In this document: one piece after another, positions 38,551 to 48,830 of the stretch | How positions within the stretch are numbered: the stretch's first letter is position 1 | Layout of the letters: every line of letters begins with the position of its first letter | Sequence record: OQ555404.1 | Length of the DNA: 64,000 nucleotides | Reading direction: 5' to 3' (one strand) | From: Escherichia phage vB_EcoP_HC-25922 | Translations under genes and position numbers: made by a program | Notes under the pieces: model-generated | Database searches by the model: none | Seen by the model: only the letters and a program-made list of their open reading frames with translations | Told to the model about the DNA's origin: nothing

Positions 38551-38826
38551 TTAAATACCTTTCAGAGCTGTATCTAAAAACGCACGGAGGTTTGATTCAG
38601 TTTGCATACCGGACAAGCTGTAGTGAGCACCACTGTTCATGTTAGGAACCACAAAGGCTGGGATACTGCGAACACCATATTCAATGGCTCGCTCTCGACC
38701 ATCACCTTCAGAGATATTTACTTCTTCAACTTCTACGTTGTAATCAGCTACAACTTTCTTAAACACAGGAGCCATAGCTGCACATGGAGCACAGGAATTA
38801 CTATAAAACTTAATTACTTTACTCAT
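38551..38826 (-). CDS. thioredoxin/glutaredoxin-like protein
   Basis: CAPC active-site motif in thioredoxin-fold context; start set at MSKVIKFY. Confidence 0.55.
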   Translation of the reverse strand: MSKVIKFYSNSCAPCAAMAPVFKKVVADYNVEVEEVNISEGDGRERAIEYGVRSIPAFVVPNMNSGAHYSLSGMQTESNLRAFLDTALKGI

Positions 38827-39016
38827 TTTATTCCTTGTTAATAAACAGATTGATATGACGCTGGGTAGCAGGAACAACAATAAAAGACTTATACTGCCCT
38901 TTTGCTAAATCATGAGCAATCTTCTTTGTCTGACCAAGACCCATCACACAGCCACTAACGATAATGGCATGTGCTTGTAATTCTTCAGGTAGGTTTAGTT
39001 TCACTCTTTGGGTTCC

Positions 39017-39202
39017 TTATAGCATACAAAGAATAATAACAAGAGGTAGTGTTATAGCAAAATGTACCAGAACAACACTACCCAGCTTGATAGCTTTAAC
39101 ATCCTCTTCTGCTGGGTTTTCTTTAATTGCTAAATTTCGAGCTTTATATATAACAGTACCAACTATTAACGACCACACGGCCCACACAATCAGTGAAATC
39201 AT
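39017..39202 (-). CDS. small membrane protein
   Basis: 61 aa with two hydrophobic segments. Confidence 0.3.
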   Translation of the reverse strand: MISLIVWAVWSLIVGTVIYKARNLAIKENPAEEDVKAIKLGSVVLVHFAITLPLVIILCML

Positions 39203-39455
39203 ATCAAACCCTCATGCAGTCAACAGGTGGAGAAGGAAAGGAATGACAACAGAGAAGACTACCAGAGCAATGCTGCCATGTTTAATGGGTTTAGCGTCAT
39301 TCGGGTTCTCTTTAAGCATCTGTTTCTGAGCTACATAAACGATACCGCCAACAAAAAATTGCCCATACAGACCATACGATTGCTGAAAACATACTCATAT
39401 CCTTATAAAGAAGTTCGCCCCACCTCTTGAACAAAGAGACAGGGCGGAGGTTTGA

Positions 39456-40031
39456 TTAGTAAGACACATCACCACTGGAGTGGGACATGTTGCTCTTGAC
39501 GAAGTAACAGAACTTGCCAAGACCTTCATTAATTTCTTGAAGCATACTCTGGTCCACTGGATAGGTGCACAAGTCTGAATCAAACTCATCCATCTTCTCA
39601 ATGATACACATAAGAGTCATGCACATGTCGGAAAGCATACCGTCCATGTCAAGATCAGCGTTACCTTCTCGGAACCAAGCATGACCTAAATAATTACTAG
39701 CAGTAGCATCCACTTTAACACAATGAAAGCGCATACGCTCTGCTATTCGGTCGCCTGCCTCACGAGCATAATCTTCTAGTTCATCGAACATACCATGAAC
39801 ACCTTGGAAACCAGCTCCAGAGACGTTCCAGTGGTAGTTCTTTGCTTTGATGTGTAGAAGTTCAAGGTTAGCTTGCACACCACACAAGATGTGTTCTAAA
39901 CTGTTACCGCTAATCAGTTTATTCATTCCCTCAAGACGAGAGATAGAAGAGTCAGTAGTAGAGAATGGGTTGCTAGAACCCACTCGTGTTAGTTCTGGTA
40001 AGTCGAAGACATTATTATGCATTAGGTGCAT
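39456..40031 (-). CDS. Dps/ferritin-like protein
   Basis: AKNYHWNVSGAGFQGVHGMFDELEDYAREAGDRIAERM parallels the Dps ferroxidase-site helices. Confidence 0.55.
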   Translation of the reverse strand: MHLMHNNVFDLPELTRVGSSNPFSTTDSSISRLEGMNKLISGNSLEHILCGVQANLELLHIKAKNYHWNVSGAGFQGVHGMFDELEDYAREAGDRIAERMRFHCVKVDATASNYLGHAWFREGNADLDMDGMLSDMCMTLMCIIEKMDEFDSDLCTYPVDQSMLQEINEGLGKFCYFVKSNMSHSSGDVSY

Positions 40032-40362
40032 CCCCTTCTAAGTTAGTTGAATTAGCTACATTACGAGCAATGTTATCCATGACCTGCTGTGTAATAACAA
40101 TACAATTCTGAGGGTCTACTGATTTAGAACGCCCCATCTCAGGGTCATAGACTTTGACTCGCTTGGCTGTTGAGCCAGTAACTTGCAACACTTTGAGAAG
40201 ATAGCCTTGGTTTCCAATAGACCATGCAACAACATCACGATTCTTGATATAACGACCAAGCATGTCACGATGATAGAACTGCTGCATAACTTTAGCTTTG
40301 CTAATCTCTTCAGATGGCGGGGCCACTTTACTCAAATCTAACATAACTCTCTCCTGTTTCAT
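40015..40362 (-). CDS. hypothetical protein
   Basis: 115 aa ORF. Confidence 0.4.
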   Translation of the reverse strand: MKQERVMLDLSKVAPPSEEISKAKVMQQFYHRDMLGRYIKNRDVVAWSIGNQGYLLKVLQVTGSTAKRVKVYDPEMGRSKSVDPQNCIVITQQVMDNIARNVANSTNLEGDAPNA

Positions 40363-40414
40363 ACAATATTCTTATACTGTATATACATTTGAGAGTTATC
40401 ATATCTACTACCAA

Positions 40415-40630
40415 CTAGTAATAAACCTTGCTGGATATGAATCCAGCACTGTTATGGATATTTTCAATCCAACGATGAATCTCCACCTTTTCAGCGATTC
40501 CTAAAGCTTTTGTAGCTTTTATAGTTTTCTTAGCAAGACGAGCCTCTTGTCTTGTGTTGAATAATTGAATACAATCACCACCAAGAGCTTTGTTAGCCCA
40601 TTTAGTACGAACTGCCCATAATTTATCCAT
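40415..40630 (-). CDS. small protein, TRQEAR family paralog 2
   Basis: NTRQEARLAKK...FISSKVYY. Confidence 0.4.
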   Translation of the reverse strand: MDKLWAVRTKWANKALGGDCIQLFNTRQEARLAKKTIKATKALGIAEKVEIHRWIENIHNSAGFISSKVYY

Positions 40631-40842
40631 TAGTAATGTACCTTTCCGCTGATATAGAAACGACCTGATTTAAAGTCTTGAGCTTTGTGGATAGTGATCT
40701 TATTAATTGTGCTTTCACAACTTAATAAGAACTTCTTATGAGCGCGAGCTTCTTGACGGGTATTCCTAATACCCATTGACTCTGTACCACTGCTCCAGTG
40801 AATACGAACTACCCAACGTCTTTTCATTGTTCCAAACTCCAT
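40630..40842 (-). CDS. small protein, TRQEAR family paralog 3
   Basis: NTRQEARAHKK...FYISGKVHY. Confidence 0.4.
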   Translation of the reverse strand: MEFGTMKRRWVVRIHWSSGTESMGIRNTRQEARAHKKFLLSCESTINKITIHKAQDFKSGRFYISGKVHY

Positions 40843-41033
40843 TATCTGTCAACCGATTTAGGGACAAACTGCATTACACAGACCTGACTACGAGGGAGAT
40901 TTATTTCACAAGCGGCTCTTCTCGTCTCAATCTTAACGCTAGAATCTGGACCAACGTTAGATATAAATACTCCCATAGCAAATGCCCCAACTACAAAACC
41001 TATAGCTAAGTAAGTAGCTTTTTCTTCTTTCAT
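40842..41033 (-). CDS. small membrane protein
   Basis: 63 aa with hydrophobic N-terminal segment. Confidence 0.3.
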   Translation of the reverse strand: MKEEKATYLAIGFVVGAFAMGVFISNVGPDSSVKIETRRAACEINLPRSQVCVMQFVPKSVDR

Positions 41034-41038
41034 CTTGG

Positions 41039-41572
41039 TTATACACCCTTAGATGCAACTACACCATTACTGCCGTTGTATCGACCCTTCACTGCATAAG
41101 AGTCATCACCAGCGTGAGAGTGTTCGAACATAACCATTTGACCAACACGCATCCCAGCACGAACTCGTAAGCTATGATTATGGGTAACGTTATGAAATTC
41201 AAAGGTTAGTTTACTGCTGTTAAACCCTGCATCAGCCCAACCAGCATGGAGGTGGTTTAAACCACAACGAGCCATTGAGGAGCGAAGTACAAACAGGCTT
41301 GAGATGTTATCTGGAAGGTTAAACTCTTCCATTGAGTGCGCTAAGAAGAATTGCCCCGGAGTGATAACAATACCATCTTCAGGGATTTTTACTTCTTTCC
41401 ACTTGAGGTTTTCTTTAGCATCAATGTCAACAATTCCGTCAGCCTGTTCTTCAACAAGGATAGTATCACCAATACGGATATCCACGCTAGCAGCGTTAAC
41501 ATATTTATGCTCCGCATCTAAAAAGCCATTATCAATAACGCTGTGTAATTCTTGAGAACCTAAAAGACTCAT
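41039..41572 (-). CDS. dcd: dCTP deaminase family protein
   Basis: ASVDIRIG and RSSMARCGL blocks and the C-terminal YNGSNGVVAS region parallel bacterial Dcd. Confidence 0.65.
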   Translation of the reverse strand: MSLLGSQELHSVIDNGFLDAEHKYVNAASVDIRIGDTILVEEQADGIVDIDAKENLKWKEVKIPEDGIVITPGQFFLAHSMEEFNLPDNISSLFVLRSSMARCGLNHLHAGWADAGFNSSKLTFEFHNVTHNHSLRVRAGMRVGQMVMFEHSHAGDDSYAVKGRYNGSNGVVASKGV

Positions 41573-43032
41573 GAGTTTCTGTTTCCTTGTACAGATGATG
41601 CCAAATTATTAATCATGTTACGAGCTGTTTCACGAGATAGTGTAACACCTGCTAAGTTGTTATGAAGCTCACCAGATAGCTCACGAGCAGCAGCTCGAAG
41701 TTCTGTACCAAGTGTAGTATCGGAGTGAGCCAAACCATTACGACGACTATAAGGTCGAGGAGCTTCGTTAGCGTCATTAGCCAATGATGCAAAACCAATA
41801 TGAGCAGCTTCACGAGCCGCTATAGTTGACACTCGATCTTCCGTAGGGGTTGGCAAATCACCAACTTCTACACGTTCTATATCACCAGCACGTAGACCCT
41901 GAACGACTGAGCTTACTGTTTCCCATGAACGACGAGAACGCTGTAAATCACCCATTGACGGAGAAGAAGCAGGTCGAACAGTTACTCCACCTGTATCATG
42001 AGTGACATGCCATGTACGAGTATCCATTCCAGAAGAGCGTGCACTACCAAAACTGCCAGTGAAAGTGTCACGAGGTGCCATTGTAGGAGGAACTGCGAAT
42101 CTTTCCTGTTGCCAAGAATCGCGTCTGTTAGTTCCCGGAGTCCAAGGCTGCGTGATTGCTTCAGCACCTATAGTGGTTAATCCGCTAGACCATTCTGTCT
42201 GTAGGTTAACTTCCTCGTCCAGATAACTACGACCCCTTTCCTGAGGAATGTTTAATATAGTTTCCATCATCTTCAGGGTATAATGACGACGCTGATTCTG
42301 ATATAAATTTACACCAGCCATAGGTCCAACTAAATCACTAATCAGGTGAACTTCTGGCTCACCGAAAGCTCCCATTGCAAGGTGCATATATTCGATAGAA
42401 CTGCTATAAACTGCAACAGTTGCTTCAGGCCACTTTTTGTGAACATACTTCATTTCACGACTAGATACCACAGGAATGTCACGAGTGTATGACATTGCAA
42501 ACAAACCTTCGTTTGACACATACATGTCATCAAGAGACATGAACCCCTGACAGATCATAGGAAAGCGACGGCTTAAAGTATCCATATCCAAAGGTAGATT
42601 AATCATCATCTGGATTTTAACTTGATCAATCTCAATTTCCAGAATCTCTTGGAAAGTGAAAAGTGATTCAGTATAGGTTGTTCCACTGATAGGCTGAACT
42701 AGTCGAGATGTAACTTGAAGCCCCTTACTCTCTGTCCAAGACAAGAAGTTGTCAAGGAATAGTGCAGCATTACTTACGTTAGCAGGGCTGTTTTCCTGAC
42801 GAGTGTTCCAACGGAACCCTCCTTGAACTAGGAAGATATCAACATCATTCGGAGTTCGATTTTGGAAGAACGTATCACGGATAGCACCACCTGCAATGAC
42901 AGGATAGATACCATCAGGGACTACGTTATCTCTGATCAGATTGCGAATCAGATCAAGCCCTACGCTGAGGGCTTCTCCTTCTTGAAGGTTTAATTCAGAC
43001 AATGGAATCTTAATCATTTCTACATTTTCCAA
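41569..43032 (-). CDS. Pol-beta superfamily nucleotidyltransferase, CCA-adding/poly(A) polymerase-like head
   Basis: AGGAIRD-x9-DVD matches the GGxVRD...DxD head motif of class II tRNA nucleotidyltransferases; overlaps the exonuclease gene by 13 nt. Confidence 0.5.
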   Translation of the reverse strand: MENVEMIKIPLSELNLQEGEALSVGLDLIRNLIRDNVVPDGIYPVIAGGAIRDTFFQNRTPNDVDIFLVQGGFRWNTRQENSPANVSNAALFLDNFLSWTESKGLQVTSRLVQPISGTTYTESLFTFQEILEIEIDQVKIQMMINLPLDMDTLSRRFPMICQGFMSLDDMYVSNEGLFAMSYTRDIPVVSSREMKYVHKKWPEATVAVYSSSIEYMHLAMGAFGEPEVHLISDLVGPMAGVNLYQNQRRHYTLKMMETILNIPQERGRSYLDEEVNLQTEWSSGLTTIGAEAITQPWTPGTNRRDSWQQERFAVPPTMAPRDTFTGSFGSARSSGMDTRTWHVTHDTGGVTVRPASSPSMGDLQRSRRSWETVSSVVQGLRAGDIERVEVGDLPTPTEDRVSTIAAREAAHIGFASLANDANEAPRPYSRRNGLAHSDTTLGTELRAAARELSGELHNNLAGVTLSRETARNMINNLASSVQGNRNS

Positions 43033-43568
43033 TTTAGAGATGGGGGATTCTTATAATCAAATCCAGCCATTTGACAAAGACACATGTAAACTTTAACTGT
43101 CAAGTTAACGTCTTGCTCACAATAGGTGAACATGTCTTCAGTGAATGCGTCCCATGCCTCCTCCTGTTCTCCATAATCTCCTTTCAGCTCCCCAAGAAAC
43201 TCGCCCCATTGTTTGAGGCCGTGACCACGAGGGCCATGTCTAGGGTCGCCTTTGGGGTATTCTGGACTATCACCAATACGGTCAGGCTTGAGATATCTAC
43301 TCAGGCACAAAGTATCGAAGACGTTAAAGCGAAAAGGTATCACATGAGAATAAAACTTAAACAAAGCAGGAAGGTCAAAATCAATAATATTGTGACCTAT
43401 TACTACATCAGCTTCTTTCAGTTTGTGTAGTGCTTCTTCAATTTGGTGAGGGCGATACCCCCACCGCTCTCCAGATAATACATCAAATATCCAGATACAC
43501 CAGACATTCTGAATACCATCATAGAGATTATCCCCCTCGATATCAAACGCATACAGTTTCTTTACCAC
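43020..43568 (-). CDS. DEDDy 3'-5' exonuclease (DnaQ-like), likely proofreading partner of the polymerase
   Basis: Exo I YAFDIEGD, Exo II HNIIDFD, Exo III YCEQD. Confidence 0.6.
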   Translation of the reverse strand: MVKKLYAFDIEGDNLYDGIQNVWCIWIFDVLSGERWGYRPHQIEEALHKLKEADVVIGHNIIDFDLPALFKFYSHVIPFRFNVFDTLCLSRYLKPDRIGDSPEYPKGDPRHGPRGHGLKQWGEFLGELKGDYGEQEEAWDAFTEDMFTYCEQDVNLTVKVYMCLCQMAGFDYKNPPSLNWKM

Positions 43569-45352
43569 GGACGTGCCTCCCCTTCTTGTGCAAGTAAGGA
43601 AGCTGCATCCTCTCCATTGGTAACGGTAAAAGGATGCTCTTCATCAACTTCATGATCTTCTCGTTCTACAAGACGACCTGTTTCATTGATGTATTTGGTA
43701 TAGCAAACCCCTGTCTGTCCATAGTTACGCTCTTTGAGCAGTCGTATGATTGACAAGTTTTTACCTAACCCATCCGCTTGTTTATTACGTTCAAAACCAA
43801 TAATACACTGACACCAGCGCATCAATGAACGTGAACCAGTAAACTGTACTTCTTTAACCTGACCACCTTCTTCGTGGGGTGCACCACCTGCCGGAGCGTT
43901 CAAGTGAGATAATACAAAAGCAGTGAAGTCTAATTCCTTACACATACCAGCAAGCTCTGAAGCAATCTTGCTGATTTCTGTGTTTACCTCAGATGGGGTT
44001 AAGTGAGATACCAATGCAGTGATGTTATCAAGAATGATAAATTTACACTGATTCTCAACTACCCAAAAGCGAATACACTGCTTAATGTCTTCCCACTCGT
44101 TCTGCCCAAAGTTGTCATACAAGAAAAACTTATCAGCGTATCGAAGTGCTTCATCTCGTAGCTGGCTTTCTTCGTACTCAACATCTGGTCGGTGGAATGG
44201 AATAGATGCAGATTTACCTGCAATGTTCTTAACAGACATGCCTACCTTCTCTTCCAAGAAGAAGCCACCACCATTAAAACCATGCTCAAGGCAAAGCCAT
44301 GCTACTAGTTCGTGTGCGATTAAGGTTTTACCTGAACCAACACCACCGCCGATTGCAACCATCTCTCCCCAACGAATACCAAAGGTCATGTCGTTAAGAG
44401 TTTTCCACGGATAAGGAATACCCCATTCCGCTTTCTTCAGAGCATCTTCGAGGCAATCAAAAACTGTAACAGCTCCAGCAGGGGATTCCCGCTTAGCTGA
44501 ATATTTCAGATTGTTGAAAAGCTCTTGACCTCTCCCTGCAAGTAACATGTCGTTTGCATCTTTGATTTCCTTTTCTTGTCCGTTATAAGTGAACGTACCT
44601 TTTGGAATCCTTGCAAACTTAACATGCGGGTACAGAGAACGACCCTTAGTTAAAGCAATCTCACCTGCATCATCATTGTCCATGCAGAGTACAATCTCCT
44701 CGAAACCATTAATAAAATCACGGTTTCTTGATAATACAGAAGAGATTGAACCTGCACCGAACGGAAGAGAGACGCAAGCAGGTTTGATGTTAGTTGCGTT
44801 TGTAAACGCGGTAAGTACGTGGAACCCAGACATACAAGAGAGAGGATCTTCAAAGATGAAGAGTTTCTTGTTGTATACGTCACCACGTTGTGCTTGAGCC
44901 ATACCAAACAAGTCGGCTTCTTTCACATTACCTACATAATAGAACTTCTTGCTGTCTAGAAGTTTTACTTCATATCCAACAATGTTCCCATCACGTTCAC
45001 GAGGGAAGAAGTAGCTGTCAGGAGTTTGACCATCTGTTTGGCTTAAACCGATACGGCATCCATAACGTTCAGATACAGCTTTAGGGATTAAGCGACGAGT
45101 CAACTCTCCCTGAGGAAGCTCTAAGCAATCGTCTAAGACTTCTCGGAGTTCTTCAGGGGACAGCTCTTTCTTTTCATTAGGAGTGGGCGTCGTTCCTTTC
45201 TCGAAGATTTCATACGCACCACATCTGTTACATGAACCCCACTCCTCACCGGACTCTTCATTTCGGAAGAGAATCATGTGATTGCGGGTCTTATCACGAC
45301 CATGAGAGATACACTCTTTACAGCCCGTGTCTCCCAAAATGATCTTTGACAT
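43562..45352 (-). CDS. primase-helicase (T7 gp4-like)
   Basis: N-terminal Cys4 zinc-binding region (CKEC...CNRC), Walker [10 protein letters not shown] in DnaB-like helicase context. Confidence 0.8.
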   Translation of the reverse strand: MSKIILGDTGCKECISHGRDKTRNHMILFRNEESGEEWGSCNRCGAYEIFEKGTTPTPNEKKELSPEELREVLDDCLELPQGELTRRLIPKAVSERYGCRIGLSQTDGQTPDSYFFPRERDGNIVGYEVKLLDSKKFYYVGNVKEADLFGMAQAQRGDVYNKKLFIFEDPLSCMSGFHVLTAFTNATNIKPACVSLPFGAGSISSVLSRNRDFINGFEEIVLCMDNDDAGEIALTKGRSLYPHVKFARIPKGTFTYNGQEKEIKDANDMLLAGRGQELFNNLKYSAKRESPAGAVTVFDCLEDALKKAEWGIPYPWKTLNDMTFGIRWGEMVAIGGGVGSGKTLIAHELVAWLCLEHGFNGGGFFLEEKVGMSVKNIAGKSASIPFHRPDVEYEESQLRDEALRYADKFFLYDNFGQNEWEDIKQCIRFWVVENQCKFIILDNITALVSHLTPSEVNTEISKIASELAGMCKELDFTAFVLSHLNAPAGGAPHEEGGQVKEVQFTGSRSLMRWCQCIIGFERNKQADGLGKNLSIIRLLKERNYGQTGVCYTKYINETGRLVEREDHEVDEEHPFTVTNGEDAASLLAQEGEARPW

Positions 45353-45387
45353 GCTCTATCCTCCTTGGAATTCCTTGAGCAATCTTC

Positions 45388-45594
45388 TTAGTAAAACGAT
45401 CGTATTTCTTCCCACACATCATCTTGCAAGTTTCTAAAACCCTGCAAGGTTTGCTTTGTTCTGTGAATAAATTCTTCAGAGTGCTTATCAGGTGTGAGCA
45501 TACTGACAAACTTTTCATAGCGATTAATCTTCCACCGCATCTTCAAGTAGTCAGATTCCAGCTTTCTTAACTTCTGCCTGTCAGTTACTGTCAT
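45388..45594 (-). CDS. hypothetical small protein
   Basis: start set at internal Met to reduce overlap with upstream gene. Confidence 0.3.
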   Translation of the reverse strand: MTVTDRQKLRKLESDYLKMRWKINRYEKFVSMLTPDKHSEEFIHRTKQTLQGFRNLQDDVWEEIRSFY

Positions 45595-46012
45595 CCTTCT
45601 CACCTGCCAGATATGCTGTCCAGTCACCAGATTCAACCAGAACATCTTGTTCTTCGTCGATGTGATAAATCCACGCTTCCACAGTTTCACCGCTGTCCAA
45701 TAATACTGGAATCAGTGTACGCTTGTAAAAGGTGTATGGGTTATCATTACCACGATGACCTTCCAGACCGTCATACGGACCTTCCAGACCAGCTTGGGTT
45801 GTTTCAAAGACTTCTACACGAACAGGCTTACCGTTGCTGTCATGCTCCAAAGATACACTTGGGAAGTATGCTGTGCAATACTGATACAGGTTACAGTTGT
45901 TTACTGTCCACCCTTCACCAATAGACACACCACCTGCACGAGCATTGATAGCGTGGTTGTGTTGACCTTTACGAAGAGAACCATACGTTGCAACTAATAC
46001 TTTATCAGACAT
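45581..46012 (-). CDS. gamma-glutamyl cyclotransferase-like (AIG2/GGCT fold) protein
   Basis: N-terminal VATYGSLRKGQHNH resembles the YGSL motif of the GGCT/AIG2 family. Confidence 0.45.
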   Translation of the reverse strand: MSDKVLVATYGSLRKGQHNHAINARAGGVSIGEGWTVNNCNLYQYCTAYFPSVSLEHDSNGKPVRVEVFETTQAGLEGPYDGLEGHRGNDNPYTFYKRTLIPVLLDSGETVEAWIYHIDEEQDVLVESGDWTAYLAGEKDDSN

Positions 46013-46016
46013 TACA

Positions 46017-46214
46017 TTACCTTTTGTTTAAAATTTCTTTTGTACAAGAAGTCCCGTTACACACGAGAACTGTTTGAGTTATAGAATCGACAACTGTTAC
46101 ATGGCTGCCGCATTGAGTTATGATTTGACCTCTCCCTGAATCTTTAGAGATGCATTCATCAGCGGCGATCGCTGACACACTGAATAAGGAGAGGAAAAAT
46201 AGAATCTTTTTCAT
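46017..46214 (-). CDS. small secreted Cys-rich protein
   Basis: signal-peptide-like MKKILFFLSLFSVSAIA followed by 6 Cys. Confidence 0.35.
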   Translation of the reverse strand: MKKILFFLSLFSVSAIAADECISKDSGRGQIITQCGSHVTVVDSITQTVLVCNGTSCTKEILNKR

Positions 46215-46220
46215 GGCTGC

Positions 46221-46637
46221 TTACCAATCATGTTGGAAACCAGAATATCCAGAGAAGATGATTGATCGGATTGGCTTTTCAGGGAATTCTTCAAAACATC
46301 CCTTAATGGCTTTCTTGGTTTCATCAGAAATTGACTCTTTTTCACCAAACCAATATTCTTCAAAAATATCAGAGAAGATATAAGTTCGGTATCTTTCCAA
46401 GTCATAAAAACCTTCCACTGCACTTGTAACAGCTCTACTAATTACACTTGAAGCTACAGGAAATAAGTCACCGTGTTCCAGAAACAAGCACCAACGATCA
46501 AAGAGAGGAATCTCTTCATCTTTCAGAAGACTTTCTAACTCTTCCTTTGCCTCTTTCTTGTGCTTCTCAAAGAGGTTTTTGGAATACTCTACATCTAAGA
46601 TACGACTTTTAAACATATCCAGTTTATTATTAACCAT
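46221..46637 (-). CDS. hypothetical protein
   Basis: 138 aa ORF. Confidence 0.4.
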   Translation of the reverse strand: MVNNKLDMFKSRILDVEYSKNLFEKHKKEAKEELESLLKDEEIPLFDRWCLFLEHGDLFPVASSVISRAVTSAVEGFYDLERYRTYIFSDIFEEYWFGEKESISDETKKAIKGCFEEFPEKPIRSIIFSGYSGFQHDW

Positions 46638-46694
46638 TTTACAACCTCTAGTTAAATTCGAACTAGCCTCCTCTTTCGAAGAGGCTAAAGCAAA

Positions 46695-46880
46695 TTATTC
46701 TACTTCGAAGTGTTTGATCACACCAGTCAGTACATCAGATTGGAATGTACCCACTAGCTCTGTACCTCGGAAGAAGTTAACACTTGTTCCAAGTGCTTCA
46801 AAGCGATCTGCTTGAATGTCCAGAGATTGAATATTTCCTTCTGCTGACATTGTACGAAACATGATTGTGTATTTATTCAC
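46695..46880 (-). CDS. hypothetical small protein
   Basis: 61 aa ORF. Confidence 0.3.
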   Translation of the reverse strand: MNKYTIMFRTMSAEGNIQSLDIQADRFEALGTSVNFFRGTELVGTFQSDVLTGVIKHFEVE

Positions 46881-47119
46881 AGACTTGTTACTCCCTTATC
46901 TGCTTGTGCAATTGCGATGATACGCTCAGCACATTCCATTGAATATTTATCACCTCGTTTGAGGAAGGTGATGATTGCAGAGAACTGATTACCAATCATT
47001 CTCTTATTTGTGATACCGAACTCTTCACAGAGTTGGTTGATAGCTTTACGAGAGCCTACAATCAGAGGCTCTTTTTCTTCGGTCATTCCACGGCTGATCA
47101 AATCTTCGATAGACAACAT
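46877..47119 (-). CDS. hypothetical protein
   Basis: 80 aa ORF. Confidence 0.35.
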   Translation of the reverse strand: MLSIEDLISRGMTEEKEPLIVGSRKAINQLCEEFGITNKRMIGNQFSAIITFLKRGDKYSMECAERIIAIAQADKGVTSL

Positions 47120-47145
47120 TACAAATTCCTTTTTGTTTAATTTAA

Positions 47146-48381
47146 TTACAGAGTTACTGCTACTTCGCTACCTTCAACATTTACAGACTCTAACTTGCGA
47201 GGGTTATGAATCTGGACTGGATTGACCGGAACGTTCCAACCACTGCGGTAGAAGTTACGACCATCACAGAACAGGATGACATTGGCAGACATTGCATTCG
47301 GTTGCAGGTTGTTGTGGACATGACGGATATTTGCAATCCAGTAGCCACGAGACAAAGTGTAGCCAGTAGGTGCATTACGAATAGTTTGAGTATTCATCTG
47401 ACCTTCCAGTTGCATTTCTTCAGGAACCACATCAACTGAATCAATCGGCTGTGCTACTTGTCCTTCCAGTGCAAAGTTTTCATCATCAGCACTTTCAATA
47501 TCATCCACTAACTCACCGTCTCCATCTTCAATCGGAGTCTGGTAAACCACTTTATACTGAGGAGTATAGAGAGGGTTCTGAGCTTTAACAAACTCAAGAA
47601 TGTTATGACGGTAGGTATCCAGAGTTGTACCAGTCAGGCCCGGTGCTGTATTAACTTCCAGTACCCACGCTTCTTGACCTTTGGTGATAATATCAACTGC
47701 ACCGAAATCCAGACCCATTGATTCAACAGCTTTCACTGCATTGATCAGAGAGGCGTCATTCGGAGCATCTGTGAAGGAGCTTGAGTAAACCCAGCCAGTG
47801 TGGTGATTACGAATATCTTCACGATAGTTAGGGTCTTCGCGATAACCATTGCGACGAATCTTCTTCTGAACATAGGTGATTACACCTTTGAACACATGGA
47901 CACGCCACTCACGACGTGGGCCTTGAATGCCTTTAGTGTACAGTTCAGCTCGACCAAGACCATCACCCGGTTCTACAACAACAATGCCCGAACCAGAGTG
48001 ACCAGTCAGCTCATGGCGCTCATACACAATATTACCAGTGTTTGACCACTCTTGAGCAGTCTCTTGAACATCTGTGTATTCCACAGTTTTAACACCTGCT
48101 TGGTCCATCACGCTGAAAGCACGACGTTTGTTCGCTGCCATATGTAAGGCTGCGGTACGGTTAAGGACGGTTGCAGAACCAAAGAATGATTCAGGATAGC
48201 GACGGTTCCCGTAGTTAACAACCACATCACCTTCACGAGAACGCCAGCGGCTATTCTCTGAAAGAAGACCCATCACGTTAGCATTGATGCGTTCATCACG
48301 GATAGTATCACTGATAGCAGATACTAGAGCGTTAACAGAATCAGACGGGCCATACGGAAGAACACGGATACGAGTAGTCAT
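47146..48381 (-). CDS. ATP-grasp ligase (RimK/glutathione synthetase-like)
   Basis: GHSGSGIVVV and FGAVDIITKGQEAWVLEVNTAPG match ATP-grasp nucleotide-binding motifs. Confidence 0.6.
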   Translation of the reverse strand: MTTRIRVLPYGPSDSVNALVSAISDTIRDERINANVMGLLSENSRWRSREGDVVVNYGNRRYPESFFGSATVLNRTAALHMAANKRRAFSVMDQAGVKTVEYTDVQETAQEWSNTGNIVYERHELTGHSGSGIVVVEPGDGLGRAELYTKGIQGPRREWRVHVFKGVITYVQKKIRRNGYREDPNYREDIRNHHTGWVYSSSFTDAPNDASLINAVKAVESMGLDFGAVDIITKGQEAWVLEVNTAPGLTGTTLDTYRHNILEFVKAQNPLYTPQYKVVYQTPIEDGDGELVDDIESADDENFALEGQVAQPIDSVDVVPEEMQLEGQMNTQTIRNAPTGYTLSRGYWIANIRHVHNNLQPNAMSANVILFCDGRNFYRSGWNVPVNPVQIHNPRKLESVNVEGSEVAVTL

Positions 48382-48383
48382 TT

Positions 48384-48614
48384 TTAGATACCTTTTAGTT
48401 TAAGAATTTCGTTACGACAGGATTGAATTTTAGCTTCGATTGCCCAATACTCAGCGAACATTTCGTCTTCTTGGGCATCACTTGGAGAGTCGATTAAGTT
48501 AAAAGCAAACGGATACAGCTTTCGCTGCTCCGTTACCAGTTGTTGAAGTCGGAGTTGTTGATACTCCAGCATTGTCAGGTGAGGCTTAGCTCCCTTGCTT
48601 GACATGAGGCTCAA
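48384..48614 (-). CDS. hypothetical small protein
   Basis: 76 aa ORF between ATP-grasp and GATase genes. Confidence 0.3.
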   Translation of the reverse strand: MSLMSSKGAKPHLTMLEYQQLRLQQLVTEQRKLYPFAFNLIDSPSDAQEDEMFAEYWAIEAKIQSCRNEILKLKGI

Positions 48615-48819
48615 CTTTAATCCCCTTCATTTTAACATAGTCAGCCAACACGTTATTGATAACGGTTGGAAAAGGGATTTCTACTGGAGAGTCAACCAGC
48701 TTCCCAATACCTTCTTGCATCCACTTCTGGATTGCTCGGAGGTTATCACATCCTGTGCTTGTCATCGGAATACGGCGGGTAGTTACCACGTTATCCAACA
48801 TCAGTTTACGAACTTCCAT
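48586..48819 (-). CDS. hypothetical small protein
   Basis: 77 aa ORF overlapping the previous one by 29 nt. Confidence 0.3.
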   Translation of the reverse strand: MEVRKLMLDNVVTTRRIPMTSTGCDNLRAIQKWMQEGIGKLVDSPVEIPFPTVINNVLADYVKMKGIKVEPHVKQGS

Positions 48820-48830
48820 AACTATACCTC

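Noticed and set aside
45318-45518. 66-aa minus-strand ORF overlapping both the primase-helicase start and gene 45388-45594
   Set aside because: Embedded between two better-supported genes in a different frame; likely spurious.
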